NCBI RefSeq assembly: GCF_009914755.1
Contig: NC_060927.1
DNA length: 64,000 nt
DNA from: the human T2T-CHM13v2.0 reference genome, Homo sapiens
Strand: one strand, 5' to 3'
A program made the translations under genes and the position numbers. The number at the start of each line of letters is the position of its first letter. The first letter of the stretch is position 1. The notes beneath the pieces were generated by a model, which worked only from the letters and a program-made list of their open reading frames with translations, had not been told where the DNA came from and ran no database searches. Positions 1 through 17,218 of the stretch are shown here, in pieces.

Positions 1-146
<146 letters not shown>

Positions 147-1049
147 CATTCTACTGTAGTTATAAACCGTCCAGATGAAATTGGTTGTTAACAGTTGACT
201 GGCAGAAATAGGATAAATATATGCGCAATACCAGTAGTTTATTTCTTCTTTCGGTAAACACCAGTATTTCCTAAGGATTACTCTGGAGCCGGCTGAAAGG
301 AGGGACCTACAATTTCTTTAACACACAAGTGAGCCATCGCACTGTGGTTAAGATGGAGGAGACTGTCAAGGCCACGCGTGCCACCTGCACGTAGGAAAAG
401 GCTGAGTGTGAGCATCGGTGGAACCAGGCCTCATCAAGGATTCCTTAAGCACACTGCACTAGAATTAGATTACTATAAATTGCATAAGTAATATTTAAAA
501 TGCGTAGAGGCTACCACCTAAAGAAAACAGTAATTTGGAAAAACAATCCTTTGTCTGGAATCCAACAAACCCCATTTTCTTAAAAGATCAGGGTTTTGTC
601 TCCATGGACTGTTTTCTAAATTATAAGGATATGAGACAATCCCATCTTCAGCAATGGCCTGTGTGCAGTTCATTTTCTTCTCATTCACTGCTGTCCTAGA
701 CTGACTACATTTATTTCACCTAGGACATCAGTAATGAGTCAGGCAGCAGTCACTGGTACACCTAGCTACTGGATCATTAGTGTTTTTTCCTGAGGGCTTG
801 AAATTCTGAAGTGCTCATTCTTGCAGTCATTCCTGCTTTCGACACAAATTTCTTCTGTAAACAGGCTCTTGGGATCCATCACTCTGCCTTTAAAATTTGT
901 TTCATGACAGGCTCCTGTGCAACCAGCTAAGCATGTGGATGCTCACGGCACTGATGAAGTGGGGGCGTGGGGGTGGGGCCGGGCCCATCATGGCTTTCAG
1001 CATCAGAACCCCTTTTCTGCTTGCTGCCTCTTGTTCCTGTAGGTCTAGG

Positions 1050-1660
1050 GTGGCAAAGAAATACACAACTATCACGGGAACAAATGAAAATAACCCCAAA
1101 GTCCTTCAAGCAGTGAATGAATAGGCTGCGGTGAGTGCATCCACACAATGGAATACTGCTCAGCAATGAAAACCATGCATTCCTACCCAATACATTTTGC
1201 TAAGCCACACCCCAAACGCTACATTACACTCCATACGACATTCCGGGAAAGGCAAAACTACAGGCACTGCGAACAGATCGGCGGTTGTCACAGACTGGGG
1301 CTGAGAGGAGGTCTGGATTACACAGGGAAAAGCATCAGAGAATTTCTTTGGGACAGTGGGACTGTTTCGCAGTCTTGATTGTGGTGGTGATTACACGACT
1401 CTCTGCATGTGTCAAAACCTAGGATGATACACCAAAAAAGCGAATTTTACTGTAGACAAATTATAAAGATAGAAGACAGCAGCTTCCCCTGGGGTGGGAG
1501 TAGTGACCAGGCGGAAGCTGAGTTCACCTGGGGTGCCGGTCAGGCTCTATTTACTGAGCTTCATGATGGTTACACAGATGTTGTTTACCTGTAAAGAAGT
1601 ATTAAGGTATATGTACACTATGTACATCTATGCATTTTACATGGATGTTATACTTCAATA
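1050..1660 (+). mobile_element. Old L1 (L1M-type) 3' end fragments
   Basis: atggaatactgctcagcaatgaaa ... ggaaaggcaaaactac ... gtggtgattacacgact resemble L1MC/L1ME 3' ends. Confidence 0.55.
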
Positions 1661-2174
1661 AAGTCACCTGAGCCCCATCTCTGTTCATGATGCTGTTTAG
1701 TAGACGCTAGGGTTTATTGCTTTGCCAGCTCTTAGGTAACCATTTGGGGTGAAGTGGGGAAAGAGCCAGTGGTGGAAAGTTAGTTAAGTAGTGACTATTC
1801 CTAGTCAAAGACAAAATATTTTATCTGGGCGATTTAAGTAATACTTTTCACACTATTATTTTAGGCCTGTTTTGAGACTCTCCACAACTAATGTTCTGGA
1901 GAACTGCTAGGAGCCGTTGGGTCTAGGACCGTACAGAAATGAGAATGGCTTATGAAACCTTGATGCTTTCCAGTTCCATGATTGAGACTGAGCAAGGGTG
2001 GGCCACAACTCACAGCACCTTTGACAAAAAATAGGGATCCTTTGAAGAGAACAGCAAACATGATTATAGAAACTGAAATGTAAATAACTTAAATTCTGTT
2101 AAAGGAAATTTCCCTATAGGTGAAGAATGATAGATAATATTCTGAAACACAACCCTTCATAAGGGGAAGAATAG

Positions 2175-2514
<340 letters not shown>

Positions 2515-3412
2515 GATTGTGTTTTGTATACAGCACTTCAGCCCTTACAACAATCCTGCAAGGTAGTCATTCAAATCCCATTTAAAACATTTGCAAAATT
2601 AAGGGTCAGGTTAATCTCCACAAGAGAAGCTGGAAGAATTCTAAGCCTCTGATTCCAAAGGAGAAGGGAATTAGCTTTTAGAGTGTTCTATGTGCTAGTT
2701 CCCTTTATCTGGAATCTTACTGATCCTCAATATGTCTCCATTTTACAGATAAGTAAACAGTTAAGAGGGATTATGTGACTTGCCTAAAGTTACGTAAGTG
2801 GCAGAGTGGCATTCAAATCAAGCTGATTCCACAGCCCACATTCTTCACATCAGAGGGCACTGCTGCCAAAGTCAGTGAGAGGTATACTGTGCAATTCTGG
2901 AGGGAGATAAATGGAATCTTAAACGTTAGACTTAACTACCAAATGCTCTACACTACGGTCGGGAAAGTGACACCCATGTTTTTCCCTGGTATCTTTCAAA
3001 ATGCAACTTCTTCATTGTAATATAATAAATAAATGTACCAATATTTATAACAGCAGAAATTCAAACCTTCAGGGATTGAATAAACCACAAAATCCAGCTC
3101 TTAGAATGGGAGGAAAAGGAATTTGTATGGTAGGAAAACTATTTTCTAGGAGTCAGGAGTTAAAAGTTCTAATCCTGGCTCTGTCCAATTTGCAGTGTAA
3201 CTTTGTAAAGCCATAGGGGTCTTTAGGCTTCTATTTTATCGCATGTAAATTAAGAGTATTCAAGGCAGAGAATCTTAGAAGGTAACTGCTCTAATATCTT
3301 AGAAAACAAATTTTACTAATTACTAAAATTCCTGAATTGCCATCTTTGGAGTTTAAATACTATATAGTGTTTAGCAAGTATTTGTTAACCAGAGCGTATT
3401 TTGCTGGAATGA

Positions 3413-3780
<368 letters not shown>

Positions 3781-4556
3781 TAGTCACAGAACAGGAAAGC
3801 AACCAGATAGCTACAGCCAAATTTAAGAGGCGTTTTTCTTTTTGCCAACTTAAAAAGCTATGAAGAGGCATATTAAAAAATATAGACTTTACAAAACGTG
3901 AAACAGTATTATTCTCTGGGTATTACAATAATGGACTCTTTTTTTTATAAATATTGTTTCAATTCCGGTTCTAAAAGGTTGTCATGTCACTGGCAGGGCT
4001 AGGCTATTCTGGTTCTGAAAGGTTCTTCCTTGGCACGTCACTGTGGCAGGGCTAGGCTGACTTGTTTCCCACAAATAGTCTTTTCAGCTGTGATGGGAGT
4101 CGCTTGTTTTGTGGGTCTGTCCTTACTAATTGTATGACTTTGGGCAAGGATTTTCATTTAAGAGTCTTTCCTTATTTGTAAAGCATTGCTAGAATAATAA
4201 TTTAAGTTACAGTTCTTTACACAGTAGGGGGTGAAAAATGAGGCAGCCAAGTGTATTGGAAAGAATGTAGATTGGGGCAGAGAGGCTCGGATCCAAACAC
4301 TAAGCACTGCCTCTTATTAGCTAAGTCATCTTGGGCAAGTGATTTAATGTAAACCTTACAGTGGGGCTAGTAACACCACCTTCTCTCTCTCTTTTTTTTT
4401 TTTAATTAAGAAGTACGATACTAAAGTGGCTATTGCATAATACTCAGCAATTAGTAATCTCATTATTGATAATCCTATACAATCTAGAAAGCTGCACGTA
4501 TATTCTTACAAAAAAATCACTTAACAAGGACATCCAGAAAACAATGTTATGTAAAT

Positions 4557-4562
4557 TTTAAT
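4557..4562 (-). terminator. Distal poly(A) signal ATTAAA
   Basis: Plus-strand TTTAAT; downstream on minus strand ttttctggatgtccttgttaagtgatttttttgt (U/GU-rich). Confidence 0.65.
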
Positions 4563-4917
4563 ATATAAATGGCATCCTTTTATAACCACTTGATATTTTA
4601 CAACATGTGACTATTTGGTAAATACTTCAAAATAGCTTATGCTGCGGTCTTGTAAGGCAGTTTCTGAAGCTCTTGAGATTTTACAACAGTTTTCTTCATA
4701 CTAGTGTGTTTCTATGTGGTTAACAACCTACGACATTTAGTCTAACAGCAGCACTGTGTATTTCAATGTGGTAACACACTCTGCTGCCTAACGGCTCTTG
4801 GATTCGGTTATAAGTTACATGATGCCTCAAATTGTTTCAAGAAAATGTTAGCTTGCAAAATATATTTTTTTCTTTCAAAATTCAAGACACACTTAACATG
4901 TGGATTTTACAATACAG

Positions 4918-4923
4918 TTTATT
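4918..4923 (-). terminator. Candidate poly(A) signal AATAAA
   Basis: Plus-strand TTTATT in the 3' UTR. Confidence 0.45.
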
Positions 4924-5641
4924 AGCTGTTCTCCTCTTCTTCATAAATGGAATGGATAATGTTGATAATTCTTTACAAACCAGTACTCATTTAAGAAACT
5001 AATGAGGAGGTTGTCAAAAACACATATTTAATAAACAACTCCAAAGAGCAATGGGAAGCCAAATATTATTATTAATATGAAGGACCAGAGAAACTGATTT
5101 GTGAAATAATTTCTACCTTTCACTAACATTTCTTAAAATTGCTCACCATGAAGATTTGTGCAATTCTAGTGCAGAGCAGTGGATGAAAGCTGTCTGAGGG
5201 GAAAACACACACATAAATGGGGCTTTTGCCTGCCTTCCTATTAATAAAAGGAGAACTAGAAGGAAAGGGCAAGGACCAAAATCAAACCTGATGACAAGAA
5301 CAACAGTAACAACACGGACAACAACAAAAAACCTCAGGAACCATTTGAAAACCTTTGTAGAAAAGAGGAGAATATGCCCACACTTTTACTTATAATCTAA
5401 TTTCCCTAAATGTTTCCTCCTCATGACCACCATGCCCCCATTTTCAGTTCACATGATTAAGATAAGTCTATTCAATTAATATTTAATTTAAAAACCAAAC
5501 AAAAAGTTAGGAGTAGGTGGCAAAAGAAACAAAATATATTTTAAATATATATATATGTTTGTGTGTGTGCGCAACTATGTAAAGAAAATAATTCCCATAG
5601 TTACAGTTTAAAGAAAGTTTTATATATATATTTATATATAT

Positions 5642-5647
5642 TTTATT
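5642..5647 (-). terminator. Candidate proximal poly(A) signal AATAAA
   Basis: Plus-strand TTTATT beside a (TA)n-rich tract. Confidence 0.4.
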
Positions 5648-6592
5648 ATAACAAAATAGGCAGCTATTGTGGGTAAAATATTCAGTAAAATCTGACTCCT
5701 AAGAATACATTTGAAGTTTTAGGCTATGAATTGGACTCCTTTCCATTGCCATGATGGTTACTACGTCACCACTGTAACGTCTGATTTATCTGTATTTATA
5801 TCTAGGAAATTTTCTCAATCTTCTGTGTAAAAGGCGAACTTCCTTAGCACCTGAACATGGCCTCAATTCACGAAATGTGATGATCATTTACATATGAACA
5901 ACTTTTGTAAGACACGATAGTGTTGCTCAAGTAGATTAAAAACATTGAAACGTTGTTATTCCTAGCAAATGTCCTGGGAAAAAAGAACCGTCAAATACTA
6001 AAAGGCTTTAAGAATGTTGAGGAAAAAATGAAATCCCTTATGAAAGTCAACTCAGACATGAATTTTTAAATTAAAAAATGTCCTTATTTATCTATAATGA
6101 AACAATTGCTTTGATGATAGAAGTTGATTGAGAAAAGGACTTGAGAGTAATACACTGGCCAAACCATGCTATTAAACTGAAGCGTGCACAGTTGCTCAAA
6201 GTCTACTAAATCACTGATTAAAACCACTTTTTCATTTGTACTGAAATTTGAAAAGAATGTATATAAAGCTTTTCCAAAAATCTCTTAAAGTTACTTTCCC
6301 TTAAACATTAAGGAATTTTACCACAATTTCTGCGTCTCCCCACATTCTTAATAGCTGGTCAGGCCATTCCATCTTCAGTTCTGAAAAATGGCCACTAACC
6401 AATAGTGACATTAAATAATACACACGATGTAACTTGAAGGAGACACTACATGTGAAAAAGAAGCTGCAGACCATGATGTGTGGGATACAATTCAACATGA
6501 AATCAGTACTCAAGAAAGACTCCAGAGGAAAGGGCAAAGAGATGCCAAAGAAAATGGAATTGTGGAAAAGAGAAACAGAGAAACATGAGTTT

Positions 6593-6699
6593 TCATAGCT
6601 TTTCTTTTGCCGGAACCCAGATGTAAGAACCAGATTGTTCTTCTATGATCTGTTTCACTTGGTTGTAAATGTCTTCCAGCGTATCCCCCTGTACAATAG
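6593..6699 (-). CDS. DLG1: DLG1 last exon, coding part
   Basis: ttacag|CTATTG...; [35 protein letters not shown] then TGA at 6595-6593. Confidence 0.98.
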
Positions 6700-7426
6700 C
6701 TGTAATGATAGAAACAAAATCAGAAATCTCCATTAATTGTCTATTTTTGCCATTACAATTATTGATGAAATAGTAGAAGCTAGTATCTTTGAAAAAGTTA
6801 CTCATCCAGGAAGAATCACCATTTACACACTGTTCACTTAGGAAAAAAGGCTCACTTCATTAATTTTCCTATTTATATAGTATAAAATTTTTATCTTAAA
6901 AATGGATCAAAAAGTAAGACTTGGAGATCTTTTCTTTTGTTCTTTTACCATCTGAGCATATATTAGCTTTATTATTTTAAAACAAATTATTTTCTTAACT
7001 TTCCTGATTTCTCCATAAACATATGTAGAAAAAAGGAAACTGGGTACAATCCCATAGACAGGATGATGTAAGGATAATTTTTTTTTTTTTTGGGGTAGGA
7101 TCTTGGGGGAAAAGAGCTGATTACAGATTGATACTACTTTTTTCAGTTAAGCTAGCATGTCAGGTACTGTAGTGTAGGTGAATTGAGATACCTAAGCTAG
7201 CTTGTTAGTGGTTAGAGACTTAACAATCAATGTTTATTTGCTGTCTGAAATAATGTGTGAAAAAAAGAGTAACAATTACTAACAACTAATTCTTTGGGAA
7301 TAGCTGAAGCCCCTGAGGTCTGTGAGGGATTAGTTAATAAAGCAAACAAACAAACAAAAACAAAGTATCGCTAGACAGCACTAAGCATGAGTAACTAACT
7401 TTTTAAGAAAGAAAGAAAATGTTTAT

Positions 7427-7727
7427 GGTTGGGCATGGTGGCTCATGCCTGCAATCCTAGCACTTTGGGAGGCTGAAGTGGGAGGGTTGCTTGAGGCTAG
7501 GAGTTTGAGATCAGCCTGGGGAACATAGTGAGACCCTGTGTATTTAAAAAAAAAAAAAAATAGCTGGGCATGGTGGTGTGTGTCTGTAATCCTGGCTACT
7601 TGGGAGGCTGAGACAGGAGGATGATCTCTTGAGCCCAGGAGTTCACAACTGCAGTGAGCTATGATCGTACCATTGGATTGTACCATTTGCCTGGGTGACA
7701 GAGTGGAACCTTGTGTCTCGTAAAAAA
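7427..7727 (+). mobile_element. AluJ-like element
   Basis: Diverged dimer with AluJ-type gcttgagg/gagcccaggagtt features. Confidence 0.9.
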
Positions 7728-8149
7728 GTTTACATATAAATGAAATAATTGAGAATTGCAAATTAAATAAGTCACTTACTAAACTACAAAAAAATGCCCA
7801 GTGATCTTGGAAGAGCATCATAGGTGTAGATTTCCATGGTCTGAAAAACTGAGCATAAAATGTCAAAGGGGGATTTTAAATAATACTGTCTATTTGGTAC
7901 CTGAGATGATGTGCATAGAAGAAAGACGTTGTATGTAGGTAGGAAGCACTTATACATAGCTAGGAACGCCTGAATAACCAAGAATTTTCAGTAACATGAT
8001 ATTCGCTAGTATCAGTTTTGTGAGACTTCTACCTTTTGAGCTAAATGCAGACATGCCTCAATGTCCCTGAAGACTCAGTTCATTTGACAAAATACTTGGT
8101 TCGTGGGTTTGGCATCTTGATGCACCCCAACAGCACAGGACAGAATCCC

Positions 8150-8245
8150 AGAGCATTTCATAGTTTAGGTTGACAACAGCACGCAAGGATTTATTTTAGA
8201 GCATTTCATAGTTTAGGTTGACAACAGCACACAAGGATTTATTTT
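8150..8245. repeat. 48 bp tandem duplication
   Basis: agagcatttcatagtttaggttgacaacagcac(g/a)caaggatttatttt x2, one mismatch. Confidence 0.95.
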
Positions 8246-8509
8246 AGGAGAAAACAGTCAGGAACTGACTTGGGAAATATACATTTTGCTTACTTTGTAA
8301 ATTCATTAATGGAATGGTTAGTAAACCAGGGAAACTGGGAAAGCATAAGGCTGCAGACACCTTAACCATGTGATTAAAATTAGCATCATAAGTAACGGCA
8401 CAAGTAGACTTTGTAAACCTCCTTGCATGATACACAGAGGACACATCATTACTTCATTGCTATTCCTGCCCCAAATGCAGAACCTAAATCGAATTATGAG
8501 AAAACATCA

Positions 8510-8935
<426 letters not shown>

Positions 8936-10157
8936 TCAGTCAGGGTCATGAATAACAAGACTTGGGAACGATTTCAGATTAAAGAACATTAAGGATGTGA
9001 TAATCCAATACAGCACGTGAGCCTCCGCTGGATCCTGCACCAGAACAGAAAAACCATTTTTTTCCATTTTGCTCTAAAGAGATTAGAAGAATAGTGAAAT
9101 ACTAATAAGATCTATAGTTAGATGAGACATATAATTATTAAATTTCCTGATTTTGATAATAAAACTATGATTCTATAAGGGAATATCCCTGTTTTTTAGA
9201 AAATACACACTGAAATATTTAGAAGTAAAGGGACATCTACCTGAAACTTACTCTCAAGTGTATCAGAAAAAAACCTATAAATGTGGTAAAATGTTAACAC
9301 TTGAGGAATTTGGGTGAAGGGTACATGAAACTCCCTGTACTATTCTTGTAACTTCTATTTAAGTCTGAAATTAGTTTGAAAAAAATAAGAAAGCACAAGG
9401 TTTAAAAACCATGACCCTTACTGATACTCAGTGTGAATGTCAAATTTAGGCTGATATTATTTCAAACAAACAAGTAACAACAACAAAAATGTCCAAAGAC
9501 TTGAGGAGGAAAGTTAAAGGACAAGGCGAGTAAAATAAGAATATTGGGGAGTTGCTACCTACTTTTTTTTTTTTTAAACAAATAGTATTTCAAAACGGAT
9601 CAAAGGGCAACTAATCATTAAAAAGGGGCCAAGACTACACAATAGGGAAAGGCTAGTGTCTTAAATAAATGGTGCTGGAAAATCTGGATATCCACATGCA
9701 AGAGAACGAAACTAAACCCTTATCTTATACAAAATTAACTTGAAATAGACTAAAGACTTAAATGTAAAACCAGAACCATAAAACTCCTAGAAGAAAACAC
9801 AGGGAAAAAAGCGCCTTCACACTGGTCTTGGATGATTTTTTGGAAAGCACAGGCAGCAAAATAAAAAATCATCAAGTGGGATATTAAATAAAAAATCTAC
9901 ACAGCAAAGGAACAATCAACAAAATGAAAAGGCAACCTATGGAAGAGGAGAAAATATTTCCAAACATGCAATTGGTAAGGGGTTAATATCCAAAATATAT
10001 AAGAAAATCATTAGCAAAATACCAAATAATCCATTTAAAAAATGGGCAAAGGACTGGAATCGACATTTTTCCAAAGAAGACATACAGATGGCCAGCAGGT
10101 ATCAGTAAAAGTGCTCAACCTCATTAATCAGAGCAACAGAAACCAAAACCATAATGA

Positions 10158-10472
<315 letters not shown>

Positions 10473-10619
10473 TTAGACCTGTGTGGATGGCTGTTATCAA
10501 AAAGATAAGAGATAACAAGTAGGCAATGGTATGAAGAAAAGGGAACCCTGTACACTGTTGGTGGGAATGTAAATGAGTAAAGCCATCACAGAAAATAGTG
10601 TGGACATTCCTCAAGAAAT

Positions 10620-10926
<307 letters not shown>

Positions 10927-11005
10927 CCTCAAAAAATTAAAAACTGAGTTATTATATGATCTAGCAATCCCACTACTCGATATATATACAAAGGAAAGGA
11001 AATTG

Positions 11006-11320
11006 GGCCAGGCGTGGTGGCTCACACCTGTAATTCCAGCACTCTGGGAGGCTGAAGCAGGCGGATCACTTGAGGTCAGGAGTTTGAGACCAGCACGGCC
11101 AACCCTGTCTCTACTAAAAATACAAAAATTAGCTGGGTGTGGTGGCATGTGCCTCTAGTCCCTGCTACTTGGGAGGCTAAGGCAGGAGAATCAACAGAAC
11201 CCAGGAGGCGATGGTTGCAGCAAGCTGAGATCACACCCGCATTCCAGCCTGGACAACAGAGTGAGACTCTGTCTCAAAACAAAACAATAAAAAACAAAAA
11301 GCCAACAACAACAAAAAGAA
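11006..11320 (+). mobile_element. AluS
   Basis: Dimer with small internal deletions. Confidence 0.92.
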
Positions 11321-11432
11321 AACCAAAGGAAAATAAATCAGTATGTTGAAATCTGCACTCCTATGTTCACTGCAACATAATCAACAATAGCCCAGATATG
11401 AAAATCACCTAAGAGTCTGTCAAAAGATGAAT

Positions 11433-12516
<1,084 letters not shown>

Positions 12517-13052
12517 CTATATGAAATAAGCCAGACACAGAAAAGCAAATACTGTATTTCATTTATACGTGGAATCTAAAAAAGTAGAACTCATAGAAAC
12601 AGAGAGGTGGTTTCCAGGGACTGCAGAGTAGAAGAGATGGGGAGATGTTAGTGAAAGGGCACAAACTTTCAGTTTTAACATGAGTAAATTCTGGGGATCT
12701 AATATACAGCAGTAGTGACTATTGTTAATAAAGAGTAGATCTTAAGAGTCTTCCCTACACACACAAAATGGTAACTGTGTGGTTAAAGACATGTTAATTT
12801 GATTGTGTTAATCAACTTACAATGTACACATTTATCAAATCACATTATATGCCTTGAATATATACGAATTTTGTCAATTATACCTCAACATGGCTAGAGA
12901 AAATGGATCAAAATTTATAAAGGATAAGAGAAAAATCAGAGTTTCATAGAAGAAATGAAATCTAAATCTATTTTTCTCTGGTCAAGTATGAATTATTCCT
13001 GTTTTTGTTGTTCTAATCAATAACCTAAGAAACATTAAATTTCAAGATTCCT

Positions 13053-13389
13053 GGCTGGGCAGGGTGGCTCACCGCTGTAATCCTAGCATTTTGACAGGCT
13101 GAGGCAGGTGGATCACCTGAGGTCAGGAGTTCGAGACCAGCCTGACCAACACGGCGAAACCCCATCTCTACTAAAAATACAAAATTAGCTGGGCGTGGTG
13201 GCAGGTGCCTGTAATCCCAGCCACTCGGGAGGCTGAGGCAGGAGAATCGCTTGAGCCAGGGAGGCCCCAGCTACTCGGGAGGCTGAGGCAGGAGAATCGC
13301 TTGAGCCAGGGAGGCGGAGGTTGCGGTGAGCCGAGTCATACCATTGCACTCCGCTTGGGTGACAGAGCGAAACTCCGTCTCAAAAAAAA
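13053..13389 (+). mobile_element. AluS with internal 50 bp tandem duplication (13216-13315)
   Basis: cccagc(c/t)actcgggaggctgaggcaggagaatcgcttgagccagggaggc x2. Confidence 0.94.
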
Positions 13390-13537
13390 GGTTCCCCAGC
13401 ACCACTGCCTAGGCTGGATGATACTAGTTACTACGGGTAGATGTAGGCATAGTTCAAAATCCACCTGAACGGGTCGGTTCACATGGCTTCAAAGCAAAAT
13501 TCTATCTTAAAGAGGACTGTTACAACATGGTTCCAAC

Positions 13538-13629
13538 CTGTGAAATGTTCAGTAAACTCCTGTTCCAGTTTCATGGCTCTCTCAAATGTTTTTCTGGCTT
13601 GTTCTTCTGTTAGACGCTTATTCATTTCC
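13538..13629 (-). CDS. DLG1: DLG1 penultimate exon (92 nt): GK domain
   Basis: tcgtag|GGAAATG...TTCACAG|gttgga; [30 protein letters not shown]. Confidence 0.98.
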
Positions 13630-13680
13630 CTACGAAAATAAATGTAGAAATTGATAATTACCAAATTATAATACTTTTAA

Positions 13681-14535
<855 letters not shown>

Positions 14536-15447
14536 TCAGTGTAGCCAAAAAACCTATTCATTAATTTATGATACTTTTGACTTTGATGAAAATTTCATAT
14601 TAAAGTGACTTAGAGATCTACCTATCAGTTTACAGAAAATAAGGGGACAAACAACCATATAAATAACACCATGAGAAGGTAATCAGAAAATACAGTCTGG
14701 GGAAACATCTGCAGAAGAAATGACCTGGTTTCTATCACAAATAAATGGGAGGTGTGGCGGGGTGGGGGCATAAAAGAGAGATGTGGAGAGAGAATCTATA
14801 GGTTAAACAACTTAACCAACTGCCATGAATAGATCTTACTAAAAATTTTATTCCAACAAACTGAAGAAACACAAACAAAACTTATGAAATAACCAGCAAC
14901 ATTTGAACTTTATCAAATAATTATTATTTTAAGTATGATAATCAGTGACTTTTTGTAAGAAATTATCTTTCAAATACACAGTGATGTACACAGACAAAAT
15001 GATAGGAATGTCTGAGACTTGTTTCAAAATAATCTGGAATGAAGGTGTAAGGAGGTGGGTGTGAGTGGAGAGAAACAAGATTGGTCATAAGTGGATAATT
15101 ATTGCTGCAGCTGGATGATGAGTATAGAGTTCGTTCCCAACTTAAAGGAAAGCCTTCAATATTTTGCCATTAATTATGACGTTTGCTTTGATATTTTGTA
15201 GAGTTACTGTCTAGTACTCTTTCATCCCACCCTACAAAATTCTCTGCAGCATTTCTCGTAAGGGAGGACTACAGGTAATAAACTCTTTCAGTTTTAATTT
15301 ATCTGGGCATGTGTTAATTTCTCCCTCATTTTTGAAGAATAGATTTGCCAGATATAGGATTCTTTGTTGACAGTTAAATTTTTTTTTTTTCCTTCAGTGT
15401 TTTGAACCCACTGTTTTCTGGCCTCCAGAGTTTCTGATAAAATATCT

Positions 15448-16080
15448 GCTGGCAGGGCATGGTGGCTCAAGCCTGTAATCCCAGCACTTTGGGAGGCCGA
15501 GGCAGGCGGATCACCTGAGGTCAGGACTTCGGGACCAGCCTGGCCAACATGGTGAAATCCCGTCTCCACTAAGAATACAAAAATTAGCAGGGCACAGTGG
15601 TGAGTCCCTGTAATCCCAGCTACTAGGGAGGCTGAGGCAAGAGAATCACTTGAACCCGGGAGGCAGAGAGGTTGCAGTGAGCTGAGAATGAGCCACTGCA
15701 CTCCAGCCTGGGAGACAGAGTAGACCCTGTCTCATAAAAAAAAAAAAAAAAAAAAAAATCTGCTGATTGCTGGGCAAGGTGGGTATTTATTTACACCTGT
15801 AATCCCAGCACTTTGGAAGGCTGAGGTGGGTGGATCACTTGAGCTCAGAGTTCGAGACCAGCCTGGGAAACATGGCAAAATCCTGTCTCTCTAAAAAATA
15901 CAAAAATTAGCCGGGCGTGGCGGTGCATGTCTGTAGCCCTAGCTGCTTGGGAGGCCGAGGTGAGAGGCTGCTTGAGCCCAGGAAGTTAAGACAGCAGTAA
16001 CCTGGGTAAGCAGTGAGCCACTGCACTCCAGCCTGGGTGACAAAGCGAGACCTTGTCTCAAAAAACAAACAAACAAAAAC
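15448..16080 (+). mobile_element. Two Alus (15448-15758 and 15768-16080)
   Basis: Two dimers separated by tctgctgat. Confidence 0.92.
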
Positions 16081-16556
16081 AGTGACTGATAATCTTATTG
16101 GGAAATCCCTTGTGTGTGGTAAGTTGCTGCTTTCAAGATTCTCTCTGTATTCTGACACTTTGATTATAATGTGCCGCAGTGTGGGTATCTAAGTTTATCC
16201 TGCTTTGAGTTCATTGACTTTCTTGGATTATATTCACGTCTTTCATCACATTTGGGATGTTTTTGGCCATTATTTCTTCAAACAATCTCTCTGCCTTTTC
16301 TCCCTCTATTCTCCTTCAAGGACCTCCACAATGTGTACGTTGACTGCTTGATGGTGTCTTATAGGTCCCTTAGGCTCTGTTCACTTTTCTTCAGTCATTT
16401 CTCTGTTTCGCAGACTAAATAATTTCCATTGTTGTATCTTTAAGTTAAAACTTGTTGATTCTTTCTTCTGTCTGCTCAAATCTCCCTGAATCCCTGTAGT
16501 GAATTTTCCATTTCAGTTATTTTTACCTCCAGAATTTCCTTTTGGTTTATTTTTAG

Positions 16557-17218
<662 letters not shown>

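Larger units (their letters stand above)
4535..6592 (-). other. DLG1: DLG1 3' UTR (~2 kb; distal end estimated)
   Basis: AT-rich stretch after the stop with no Alu or L1; ends near an ATTAAA followed by U/GU-rich sequence. Confidence 0.8.

Noticed and set aside
897-1594. Short overlapping ORFs on both strands downstream of DLG1
   Set aside because: No recognisable domain or splice structure; they partly overlap L1-like sequence and are of chance length.
13479-13537. Read-through of the penultimate exon giving [19 protein letters not shown]-stop
   Set aside because: Ordinary short open frame past a donor; no convincing poly(A) signal before the adjacent Alu.
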